Origin: Candidatus Sumerlaeaceae bacterium
GTDB taxonomy: Bacteria; Sumerlaeota; Sumerlaeia; Sumerlaeales; Sumerlaeaceae
Assembly (NCBI GenBank): GCA_051003195.1
Contig: JBPCLP010000028.1
Span: forward strand, 53,939 to 117,938
DNA: 64,000 nucleotides
Reading direction: 5' to 3'
The position numbers and the translations under genes are program-made. Each line of letters starts with the position of its first letter. The stretch's first letter is position 1. The notes below the pieces were generated by a model, which was not told where the DNA came from, made no database searches, and saw nothing but the letters and a program-made list of their open reading frames with translations. Below are positions 31,379 to 40,018 of the stretch, piece after piece.

Positions 31379-31981
31379 TCACGCAGGTGTGAGTGGCTGC
31401 TCCTGCAAGCTGGCGTTCTCTTCGCCAGACACTGCGCTGGCGAGATACTCGTCTACCTCGCGTTTGATTTCCGCGAGTCGCGCGTCCTGCAATTCGACGG
31501 ACAGGATTTCCACCACGTCGTCATTTGTCGTGTTCCGAAAATAAATCCGTTCCCCACCCTCGGCATTTGCCGGCGTGCTCCTGGCCCATTTGAACACCGA
31601 ATACTTCATCAGCAGGTGCGCGAGAAAGAACAGGCTTTGAGTACAATCCTCTCCTTCGAGGCTTTGCCGGCTGCGCAGCATCTCAAAATAGGAAAGCAGC
31701 GCTGCATTGCGCTCCTTGCGCGTACGAATCTGCCTCGGCTTTGGCGCTTCCCGTCGAGCCATCCAGTAGCCGACGTAATGCCCCTCGCCCATGTTCTGCC
31801 AGCATTCGCTGCAGTAATCCCGCCGAAGCTGGGTGTCCTCGCGCGGCGCTGTATCAGGACCATCCGGGTCCAGGAGCGCCGATGCGTGCTTGCCGGCAAT
31901 GGCAATGGTAGCACCGCACTTCATGCACGCATTCTGCGGGCGTCCAATGCGCAAATAGAGTTCTTTATCCGTTAAAGCCAA
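31379..31981 (-). CDS. Hypothetical protein with two CxxC motifs
   Basis: CMKC ... RRDYCSECW; GGGAGG SD before TTG start. Confidence 0.7.
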   Translation of the reverse strand: MALTDKELYLRIGRPQNACMKCGATIAIAGKHASALLDPDGPDTAPREDTQLRRDYCSECWQNMGEGHYVGYWMARREAPKPRQIRTRKERNAALLSYFEMLRSRQSLEGEDCTQSLFFLAHLLMKYSVFKWARSTPANAEGGERIYFRNTTNDDVVEILSVELQDARLAEIKREVDEYLASAVSGEENASLQEQPLTPA

Positions 31982-32223
31982 CTGCTTCGCCTCCCTTGCA
32001 CCGCCACTGTCCTACCCTGGCCGCTGGCGCTGCATCCAGAAAAATGATACTGCCCAACGCCACAACAAGTGTCATAGGTTAGAGATCTGGTGGTTTTCCA
32101 CAAATGCAATCGCTTGCCTGCATTGGCTATCCGGATAATGCAAGCCTGTTTGTCCACAGCGATAGCCCCCACGGTACGGTACTGTCATACTTTGAATTGT
32201 CGACAGCCCATCCGTAAAAAGGG

Positions 32224-32367
32224 TTAGAAATATTTATTATTTCGAGTTTTGCAAACGAGCCAACAAATCAGCACGGCTATAGGACCGCTGAGCATCCAGG
32301 CCCAGCCAAAAACTGCTACGAGTGCTAGCTCGAATAGGACGATCAGCCATATCAGCAAGCGAATCAT
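32224..32367 (-). CDS. Candidate 47-aa small membrane protein (not in ORF track)
   Basis: MIRLLIWLIVLFELALVAVFGWAWMLSGPIAVLICWLVCKTRNNKYF-stop; hydrophobic with basic C-tail; no clear SD. Confidence 0.4.
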   Translation of the reverse strand: MIRLLIWLIVLFELALVAVFGWAWMLSGPIAVLICWLVCKTRNNKYF

Positions 32368-32438
32368 TGCGGAGAATAAGCAGCCTGCGTTGCGGGGTAT
32401 TCAAGGCGCACCAGAGGTTAGAAACGAAGTTTCGGCGT

Positions 32439-32837
32439 TTATGGCAATTTCAGCATTGAGCACAGAATGGCCTTTGCTTCGATCTGCTTTGCTGGACTCA
32501 GTGACCCGTACGTCTCCCTAATCGCAGATGCTCTGAAGGCAGTCATGCGACGGAACCGAACGTAACACTGTTTTTTGAGCTGTGGGGTTGCATCGTTGGC
32601 GTTTAGTGCCAACTCGTTGTCAGTTTCGCCTGCTGTAGGCTGGCCTGTCACGAATGCCAGAAATACATATGGCTCAGGCCCAACCGGGTCAGTTAAACAT
32701 AAAGCGGTGCGTTGTTTTGTTGTGGTCGGATCGTCGTCAAAACGCCAATCTACGCGAACGAAGGTCCACTGCTTTAGATTTAGGGCTACGGCACTACTTT
32801 GAGCAGACGGCTGGTTCGTTGTCAAAGAAGCCTTCAC
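32439..32837 (-). CDS. Divergent PemK/MazF-like type II toxin
   Basis: FVRVDWRFDD...KQRTALCL, VFLAFVT, LKKQCYVR, YGSLS match the PemK pattern (V.F.F.D...K.RPA.V; AFIT; LK..S.IR; IG.L). Confidence 0.7.
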   Translation of the reverse strand: MKASLTTNQPSAQSSAVALNLKQWTFVRVDWRFDDDPTTTKQRTALCLTDPVGPEPYVFLAFVTGQPTAGETDNELALNANDATPQLKKQCYVRFRRMTAFRASAIRETYGSLSPAKQIEAKAILCSMLKLP

Positions 32838-33108
32838 AGTTTTCGTCGTCCCTCAAGAAGTCAAAAGCATCGTTGCTGGAACAGGCGCTTTCCCACTCGC
32901 TGTCCGAAATCTGTGAAAAGTCGGAGCTTGTCGAGTCGGCTTGCTTTATGACGGCTCCTACCGCCTGCACAAAAGCCACTACTTCCATGCCCTCGAAGGT
33001 GCAGCCGTTTGTGTCCGCAGGGAGATCGTCTAGCACAATGACAGTCCTCCCAGCAGGTTCACGGTATATTTTGCCGTGCACAATAATAGCCTTTAATGCT
33101 CCCGACAT
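32794..33108 (-). CDS. Putative antitoxin (acidic C-terminus) upstream of the toxin
   Basis: GAGGAG SD; overlaps toxin start; acidic tail SEWESACSSNDAFDFLRDDENCEGFF. Confidence 0.6.
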   Translation of the reverse strand: MSGALKAIIVHGKIYREPAGRTVIVLDDLPADTNGCTFEGMEVVAFVQAVGAVIKQADSTSSDFSQISDSEWESACSSNDAFDFLRDDENCEGFFDNEPAVCSK

Positions 33109-33634
33109 GGCGATAAACTCCTCAAAGCCAAACGTAGGGCTTGCCGCCCATCTGTAGGTCAGGCATTTCTCGTACCATTCATTTTAGAGATGTCACGAGT
33201 TTATCCTGCACTGATCATAGCGCGAGTCTCGGTATCAACAACCTGCAAACGATGCATCTTGCTTAATTGCCAGCAGACGCAGTCAAACGGAAATTGCGGG
33301 AGCGCACAACAGTTGCTCTAAAAATGCACAGTGATCCCTTTACCGGCTTAGTCCTGCGAGAAAATACCCGCTCCAAACTAATCCAAACTGACAGTACCCC
33401 CACGCGAACCGTGTACCCTACAATATATAGCATGTGAGAAAAATGTGGAAAAGAAGGAACCTGAAGCCTGTGCCAGACACTTTCCCCACCAATTAAAAAA
33501 AGATTTAGGGATGCACTTTTCGATTGACCAACACCAAATGTTGTACTCTGCTCGCTCTAGAATTTCATATATAGTGTTTTTCCGAACGATAGGAAACACC
33601 CTAAAAATTTAACGAATGACAAGTTTGGCACCCG

Positions 33635-33719
33635 GGGCGGTACCCGGTTTTCAGTATCCTGAGGGCCGGTTTCATTTTGACCCACTACAAGGGCTGGCAG
33701 TGTACCGCCCTTTTTTTTT
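33635..33719 (+). other. Candidate structured RNA / attenuator ending in a poly-T run
   Basis: 9-bp closing stem GGGCGGTAC/GTACCGCCC enclosing an 11-bp hairpin, then T9. Confidence 0.4.
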
Positions 33720-33839
33720 GCCTACCAGTCGCTCCTGAATCCGCCCATTTGGAGGCACGATTCCAGGCAGATACCTGCAACAGCCCGTCGATTTCCTTAG
33801 TTGCACCTTACCCGATACAACCTCACCGTTCGCGCTTTT

Positions 33840-34958
33840 ATGAGCTTACCGGTCGATCTCCTGAACTTCTGCCTCGGCGCGGCCGCGCTGGGCGCTTCGC
33901 TCATCCTGGTGCCCGTTGCCCGCCAATTCGGACTGCGATACGGACTCGTCGATTCTGTGCATCCAGCTAAGATCCACGCCGAGCCAAAGGTGCGCTGCGG
34001 CGGTATCGGTATCTACCTTGCCTTTGTGTTCATGCTCGCCGGCGGACTTCTCGCGCTTCGCATTCCGGCAGTCGTTGAATTAATTCCGGTGCACCTGCGG
34101 CAACACCTCACCAATATTCCCTCGGTAACCGGAAAACTCGCGGCCATTATGCTCGGCGCTACGATCATGTTTCTGACTGGGCTCGTGGATGACAAACGCA
34201 ATCTTCGGCCAATCATCAAGCTCGCCTTCCAGGTTGTCGCTGCTCTGCCACTGATTGCCGCCGGCATTACGATTAAATCGTTTCTTCCCGGCTTCGCCCT
34301 CAGCGCGCTGCTCACCGTATTCTGGGTCATACTGCTCACCAACTCGTTCAACTTCCTCGATAATATGAACGGTTCCAGCTCCGGCATTGTCTGCGTTTGC
34401 GCCTTGAACTTCTACCTGGTTTCGCGCGCGGGAGGGGAATACTTCATGATGGCGATGTTTGCGCTGCTTATCGGCGCAACGCTCGGATTCTTGCGTTACA
34501 ATTTCCCCAACGCTCGACTCTTCATGGGCGACTCCGGCTCCCTCTTTCTTGGTTTCATGCTTGCCGCACTCAGCATCCGCGTCACCTATTACCAGTCAGG
34601 CGTTCCGACACAACTGCCCGTCATAGCTCCGTTAATCATTCTCGGTGTGCCGCTTTTCGATACTGCGTCGGTCATGTACATTCGCTGGCGAAACCGAAAG
34701 CCGTTCACACAGGGCGACCAGAATCACTTCTCACACCGCCTTGTAGCGCTCGGGTTTTCGCGCGCCAAAGCGGTAATGTTTATATGGCTTATCACCTTCA
34801 CCGTCGGGTTGTCCGCCGTTAATCTTCGGACCTTGAATCTGCAGGGTGCATTAATTGCACTGCTTCAGGTCATCCTGTTTTTCCTGATAATCTACTTCCT
34901 GGAAACGACCGGCAAGAGGGCTATGAATGAAAAAGAAAACGTCTCCAACGGCAACTAA
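33840..34958 (+). CDS. MraY/WecA-family polyprenyl-phosphate sugar-1-phosphate transferase (Glycos_transf_4)
   Basis: KIH....RCGG, GLVDD, NSFNFLDNMNG, YNFPNARLFMGDSGS, VPLFDT, D.NH.SHRL. Confidence 0.9.
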   Translation: MSLPVDLLNFCLGAAALGASLILVPVARQFGLRYGLVDSVHPAKIHAEPKVRCGGIGIYLAFVFMLAGGLLALRIPAVVELIPVHLRQHLTNIPSVTGKLAAIMLGATIMFLTGLVDDKRNLRPIIKLAFQVVAALPLIAAGITIKSFLPGFALSALLTVFWVILLTNSFNFLDNMNGSSSGIVCVCALNFYLVSRAGGEYFMMAMFALLIGATLGFLRYNFPNARLFMGDSGSLFLGFMLAALSIRVTYYQSGVPTQLPVIAPLIILGVPLFDTASVMYIRWRNRKPFTQGDQNHFSHRLVALGFSRAKAVMFIWLITFTVGLSAVNLRTLNLQGALIALLQVILFFLIIYFLETTGKRAMNEKENVSNGN

Positions 34959-35394
34959 GCGCGCTGGCAACCGCCCCGCGCTTTCCGGAAAAATTAAGCG
35001 CTCGGATGCAGATCGGCTTGTCATGGCGGCCGGCGATGCGCGCGGACGAGCGTATGCTCCATATTCCAACTACAAAGTAGGCGCCGCGTTGCTCACGCTG
35101 GATGGTCGCATTTACGGGGGTTGTAATGTGGAAAACTCCAGCTACGGCCTTTGCATCTGCGCCGAGCGCGGAGCAATTGCCGCAGCCGTAGCCGCCGGCC
35201 AGCAGGAGTTTCGCGCCATCGCGGTTGTCACCGAAGACGTTGGATCTCCCTGCGGTGCATGCCGTCAGTTCTTCGTCGAATTCAATCCGGATATGACAGT
35301 CATTCTGGCGGACACGAAAGGCAAACGCACAACATACGCCGCCAGGCAATTGCTCCCGGATTACTTCCTGTTGCGCCAGGGAGAAACAGGCTGA
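34927..35394 (+). CDS. cdd: Cytidine deaminase (homotetrameric type)
   Basis: AYAPYS.YKVGAA, GCNVENSSYG.CICAER, PCGACRQ, LLP..F. Confidence 0.95.
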   Translation: MKKKTSPTATKRAGNRPALSGKIKRSDADRLVMAAGDARGRAYAPYSNYKVGAALLTLDGRIYGGCNVENSSYGLCICAERGAIAAAVAAGQQEFRAIAVVTEDVGSPCGACRQFFVEFNPDMTVILADTKGKRTTYAARQLLPDYFLLRQGETG

Positions 35395-36335
35395 CACGCC
35401 AGCAGATCCCGCACACTGCACTTCCTCTGCGGATTTCGGATGAGATTCAGCAATGCCTAGTGGCCAGCAAGGCCGTGCTCGCCTTCGAAACCACAATTCT
35501 TACATTCGGACTGCCAGAGCCACTTAATGCACAAGTCGCCGCTGGCTGTGAAGCCATCGCGCGTGAGAACGGCGCCATGCCGGCGACTCTCGCAATCCTG
35601 GATGGTGAATTGCGAGTGGGACTTACGCCGCAAGAGCTGGCATTGTTTTGCTCACGTGATGCTTCTATTCAAAAGGTGAACCTGCAGAACTTCGCGGCCG
35701 TGCTGCACCGCCGTCAGCCCGGGGCTCTCACGGTCGCGGCCTCGCTGCAGGTTGCTGCGCTTGCCGGCATTCGCGTGTTTGCGACGGGCGGTATTGGGGG
35801 AGTGCACAAGGGTTATGACCAACTGCTTGACGTCTCCTCCGACTTGACCGCTCTGTCGCGTTTTCCCGTCGCCACCGTTTGTGCCGGCGCCAAATCCATT
35901 CTCGATGTTACCGCCACCCTGGAAGCGCTCGAGACTCTCGGTGTGCCGGTCGTGGGGTTTCGCACGGATGTTTTTCCGCTGTTCCACGCGCGGGACAGTG
36001 GACCCAAGTTGGATACCAGCTTCGATGATAGCGCCGAACTGGCACGGTTTGTATCCGTGCACTGGAGCATTTCGCGTTCCGCTGTACTTATCGTTACTCC
36101 TGTTCCTGAAGAGCACGCGATTGGACGTGAGCAATTGGACGGGTGGATTGAACAGGCGCTTGCGGCTGCGGGCGTACAGAATATCACGGGGAAAGCGACC
36201 ACGCCTTTCCTGCTTCAGCAGCTTGAACAACTCAGTGCCGGCCGCACGCTGGACGCCAATGTCGCCCTGATTTACAACAACGCGAGAGTTGCATCTGCGC
36301 TGGCACGTGAGCTTTCGCATATCGAAGGCACCTGA
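35391..36335 (+). CDS. psuG: Pseudouridine-5'-phosphate glycosidase; probable CTG start
   Basis: AFETTI..GLP.P.N, PAT.A, FATGGIGGVH, DVSSDL, CAGAKSILD...TLE.LET.GV, GK..TPFLL, N.AL..NN. Confidence 0.9.
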   Translation: MTRQQIPHTALPLRISDEIQQCLVASKAVLAFETTILTFGLPEPLNAQVAAGCEAIARENGAMPATLAILDGELRVGLTPQELALFCSRDASIQKVNLQNFAAVLHRRQPGALTVAASLQVAALAGIRVFATGGIGGVHKGYDQLLDVSSDLTALSRFPVATVCAGAKSILDVTATLEALETLGVPVVGFRTDVFPLFHARDSGPKLDTSFDDSAELARFVSVHWSISRSAVLIVTPVPEEHAIGREQLDGWIEQALAAAGVQNITGKATTPFLLQQLEQLSAGRTLDANVALIYNNARVASALARELSHIEGT

Positions 36336-36392
36336 CAAGGAATTCGCCAATGCACTGTATTCCTGTCTAATGCCGCACCGAGGAGCCGCTGT

Positions 36393-37280
36393 TTGCGACT
36401 GAATCAAATCTATGCATCGTACTCGCCCGCTGTGTCCGTGGAGTTTTTTCCACCGCGAACCGCTGAAGGAGAGGCGGACCTCGCGATCCGTATCCCGGAA
36501 ATCAAGGCGCTCCGCCCGGCATTCTGTTCCGTCACCTACGGCGCCGGTGGCAGCGGACGTGACCGCACGCTGGGGTGGGTGCATCGAATCAAGCATGACT
36601 TCGGCATGGAAGTCATGTGCCATCTCACGTGCGTTGGTCAGTCCCGCGCCGAAACCGACGAGGTGCTGAAAAAACTGAAGGCCGACGGCGTGGAAAACCT
36701 GATCGCGCTGCGTGGTGATCCGCCCAAAGGCGAAGCCGCATGGAGGCCGCACCCTGAAGGATATCACTATGCGGCCCAACTGGTGAAGGCGTGCAGAGAC
36801 AAGGGATTCTCAGTCGCGGTCGCCGGGTTTCCCGAATTCCATCCCGAAGCACAATCCAGTGAAAGCGATCTGCGTTTTCTAAAAGAGAAGGTCGATGCCG
36901 GCGCGGACGCCGTGATCACACAACTGTTTTTCGATAATCAGGATTTCTTCCGTTACGTGGATTCCGCGCGGTCGCTTGGTGTGAAAGTTCCCATTGTGCC
37001 TGGCATTCTGCCGTTTCGAACGGTGGAGGAAATCCGTCGTTTCACGACGAAGTACGCACTGACAATGACCGGCCCCGCCCGCGTCCCACCCGAACTTGAA
37101 AAGCAACTGGCACCCGTCGAGAACGACGATTCGGCCGCCGCAAAGCTTGGTATTGAATGGGCGACGCGCCAGTGCCGCGAACTCCTGGATGCTGGCGCGC
37201 CCGGAATCCACTTCTACTGCATGAACAAGAGCAACGTGGTGGAGACCATCATGCGGAATTTAAACCTGGCCGCGACATAG
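36393..37280 (+). CDS. metF: 5,10-methylenetetrahydrofolate reductase
   Basis: SVEFFPP, SVTYGAGG, HLTC, ALRGDPP, FPE.HPE, KEKVDAGA...ITQLFF, GIHFY; GAGGAG SD, TTG start. Confidence 0.96.
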   Translation: MRLNQIYASYSPAVSVEFFPPRTAEGEADLAIRIPEIKALRPAFCSVTYGAGGSGRDRTLGWVHRIKHDFGMEVMCHLTCVGQSRAETDEVLKKLKADGVENLIALRGDPPKGEAAWRPHPEGYHYAAQLVKACRDKGFSVAVAGFPEFHPEAQSSESDLRFLKEKVDAGADAVITQLFFDNQDFFRYVDSARSLGVKVPIVPGILPFRTVEEIRRFTTKYALTMTGPARVPPELEKQLAPVENDDSAAAKLGIEWATRQCRELLDAGAPGIHFYCMNKSNVVETIMRNLNLAAT

Positions 37281-37350
37281 TCGGATGCTTCATGCATCAA
37301 ACGTCAACTGGCCTCCAACGCCTCTCCCTGATCCTATACCGACAAATCGA

Positions 37351-38484
37351 CTACAGCGCCGTCAGATCCGGCAATGGCAGTGGATGTCCAAAGTAAAACC
37401 CTTGCGCACAATCGAAACCCAGCCGCTCACACATTGCCGCCTCTTCCGCGGTTTCGATACCTTCCGCTAACGTGGTCACGCCGAGGTCCCTCGCGTATCG
37501 TATCAGGACCTCCACCATTTGCTGGCGCTGCCGAGGCGCCTCGTGAATCTTCTCCACCATGCAGCGATCGAACTTTAAGTAATCCGGGGGCGCCTCCGAA
37601 AGCTCCATCAGTCGCGCCTGCCCTGCGCCGAAGTCATCGTAGGCGAGCTTCATATTCTGCTCACCCAGCTTCGAATGAAAATCCCGCATGGCGCGAGGGT
37701 TCGTAACGAGGCTTTCATGTACTTCCACGGTCAGCCGCAAACGCGGAAATTGGAATCGCATCTCCGCAAGCATTTTGGCAAGTTCATCGAGGTTCTTTGT
37801 TTCACCTGGATGCACATTAACAAACAGCTCGTATGAACTCGGCAAGGTACTGCACGCCTGCAATCCCGTCGAGCGAAACAGTCGGCTCAGTTCACCTTCC
37901 ATACTGCAGCCGGCTGCGAGATGGAACAGTTCAGGCGCGGAAGTTGGCACACCTTCCATGCCGCCGCGGCCCAGCAACTCGTATGCAAATACCTCACCAC
38001 TTCCGAGCCGGATCAGCGGCTGAAAAAACGGGATCACGGCTTTACGTCGTACCATTTCGAGGAACTCACGCGTCCCGACGGCGAACTGCTCAGGCAGAAC
38101 ACCTTCAAATTCACACGTCTCGCTGAAGTCGTGCGACGGCTCGTCGACTTCCACACCCACGCGAAACTCGGTCGCGCCGAAATGCAGCACATCGCCCACG
38201 TTCACCGCCGTGGGTTGCGCGATCCGGTTACGGTTTACGAAAGTGCCGTTGCGGCTGGCGAGATCCCGCACCATTAACGCCCCATCCTGAAAGTACAACT
38301 CCGCATGAACCCGGGAAATGTTCGTGAAGTTCAGCGGCAGTGGCAGGTCAGCCTTGCGCCCAACCTGGAACGGAACCGGGCGAATCGGTATCTGGCGCAT
38401 GTTACCACGCGCCTCGGAATATCCCTCCAGGTACCACGTCGTGCTCTCGACTGGCGGACTGATGCCTGCATCGGGATTATCCAT
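37351..38484 (-). CDS. FHA-EAL domain protein (putative c-di-GMP phosphodiesterase)
   Basis: FHA: VGR..ISRVHA..DLASRNGTFVN; EAL: FQP, YELLGR, FVN, EVHE, DDFGAG, KFD, AEGIE, QGF. Confidence 0.92.
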   Translation of the reverse strand: MDNPDAGISPPVESTTWYLEGYSEARGNMRQIPIRPVPFQVGRKADLPLPLNFTNISRVHAELYFQDGALMVRDLASRNGTFVNRNRIAQPTAVNVGDVLHFGATEFRVGVEVDEPSHDFSETCEFEGVLPEQFAVGTREFLEMVRRKAVIPFFQPLIRLGSGEVFAYELLGRGGMEGVPTSAPELFHLAAGCSMEGELSRLFRSTGLQACSTLPSSYELFVNVHPGETKNLDELAKMLAEMRFQFPRLRLTVEVHESLVTNPRAMRDFHSKLGEQNMKLAYDDFGAGQARLMELSEAPPDYLKFDRCMVEKIHEAPRQRQQMVEVLIRYARDLGVTTLAEGIETAEEAAMCERLGFDCAQGFYFGHPLPLPDLTAL

Positions 38485-38660
38485 GGACGTTATGGCCGAA
38501 ATGTCGTGCGGGTCGATACTGCATTTTGCCTCATTCGAAGCGAAGACTTAACCATGCAGGTTCGTGGATTAAACCAGCAAGGGAAAAGCTGTCCTGAACC
38601 CCGCACCACAGCGCGGAGTTCGCAGCGTCAGCTCGCCCTTAAAGCCACGAACGTCCGACA

Positions 38661-39221
38661 TCAGATCTCCATCACGTCCTTCTCTTTACGGGTCACCATA
38701 TCGTCGATCTCTTTGACAAATTTATCGGTGATCTCCTGCACCTGCTTCGTGGCGCGGGTCCGGTCATCCTCGGTAATCTCGTGCGTTTTCTCGGTCTTCT
38801 TGATTTCATCGTTGGAGTGGCGGCGGATATTCCGGACAGCGACGCGCCCTTCTTCCGCCATTTTCTTTGCCAGTTTCACCAACTCTTTGCGACGCTCCTC
38901 GGTCAGCGGCGGCACCGTCATCCGGATCATCTTGCCGTCATTGGTCGGCGTCATGCCGAGATTCGCTGCTAACAGGGATTTCTCAATCGGTCCCGTCATG
39001 TTCTTGTCGAACGGCTGCACGGCAATCGAGCGTGCATCCGGCGTGGAGATGGTGGCCAATTGTTTGAGCGGCATCTTCGACCCATACGCATCCACCTGCA
39101 AAGTATCGATCAGGGCGACTGAAGCACGACCCGTACGCAGGCTGGCAAATTCATGGTCCACCGCCTCAACCGCCTTATGCATCTTGTCCTGCGCCTGCTT
39201 ATAGATATCGTTAAGTTGCAT
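38661..39221 (-). CDS. frr: Ribosome recycling factor
   Basis: LRTGRAS, YGS..PL.Q.A, NLG.TP.NDG, PPLTEERRKELVK, VRNIRR. Confidence 0.98.
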   Translation of the reverse strand: MQLNDIYKQAQDKMHKAVEAVDHEFASLRTGRASVALIDTLQVDAYGSKMPLKQLATISTPDARSIAVQPFDKNMTGPIEKSLLAANLGMTPTNDGKMIRMTVPPLTEERRKELVKLAKKMAEEGRVAVRNIRRHSNDEIKKTEKTHEITEDDRTRATKQVQEITDKFVKEIDDMVTRKEKDVMEI

Positions 39222-39945
39222 CCGAATCTCCTCCTACAAAGGTGCCCACCTGTTCCCCTTCCACCACGCGCCGGATGTTTCCCGGCTTGTGCATGTCGAA
39301 GACAATAATGGGTATGGTGTTTTCACGGCAAAGAGAAATGGCTGTCGCGTCCATCACGCGCAGGTTTGCCGTCAGAGCTTCTGTAAAACTTACGTGTTCA
39401 TAGAGCCGGGCGGCGCTGTCTTTCTTCGGATCAGCTGTGTACACGCCATCCACGTTCGTTGCTTTTAATATGACCTCGGCGTCGATCTCCGCTCCGCGCA
39501 GTGCAGCAGCTGTGTCCGTCGTGAAGAACGGGTTCCCCGTGCCGCATGCAAAAATTACCACCCGTCCTTTTTCCAGGTGGCGGATAGCGCGGCGGCGGAT
39601 GTAGCTCTCCGCCACTTCCTTGATTTCAAGCCCGCTCAGAATTCGAGTCTGCAATCCAACTGCTTCAAAGGATGCCTGTAGCGCCATCGCATTGAGCATC
39701 GTCGCCAGCATGCCCATGTAGTCGCCCACGGCCCGGTCAATCTCCTCCGCAAAAGCCGCCCCCCGCAGAAAGTTTCCCCCGCCGATGACAACCGCAAGTT
39801 CCACACCCGTGTTTTCGATCAGGTCGCGGATCTGGTCCGCCAGCTCGTGCACGAAATGAAAATCCAGTCCAAATTCCTGGGTGCCCTTCAGGGCCTCGCC
39901 TGATAACTTCAATAAAACGCGTTTGTAGCGCTTCCGGATGCTCAT
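39211..39945 (-). CDS. pyrH: UMP kinase
   Basis: RVLLKLSGEAL, GGGNFLRG, DYMGMLAT, GTGNPFFTTDTAAALR, VDGVY.ADP. Confidence 0.98.
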   Translation of the reverse strand: MSIRKRYKRVLLKLSGEALKGTQEFGLDFHFVHELADQIRDLIENTGVELAVVIGGGNFLRGAAFAEEIDRAVGDYMGMLATMLNAMALQASFEAVGLQTRILSGLEIKEVAESYIRRRAIRHLEKGRVVIFACGTGNPFFTTDTAAALRGAEIDAEVILKATNVDGVYTADPKKDSAARLYEHVSFTEALTANLRVMDATAISLCRENTIPIIVFDMHKPGNIRRVVEGEQVGTFVGGDSDAT

Positions 39946-40018
39946 CTCGGGCGTACCACGCGGTCACGATTGGGCGAAATCAAGGGGAAGGATGACCACG
40001 CAAACCTGGGCGTAATAA

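Noticed and set aside
33378..33599. 73-aa minus ORF in the AT-rich islet
   Set aside because: No SD or recognisable motif; composition looks non-coding.
33635..33710. tRNA or ops/JUMPstart interpretation of the 76-nt structure
   Set aside because: No D-loop, TTCRA T-loop or CCA; GGCGGTAC differs from ops GGCGGTAG and is explained by stem pairing.
35151..35390. 80-aa N-terminal extension of the psuG ORF
   Set aside because: Lies wholly within cdd in another frame and has no PsuG similarity.
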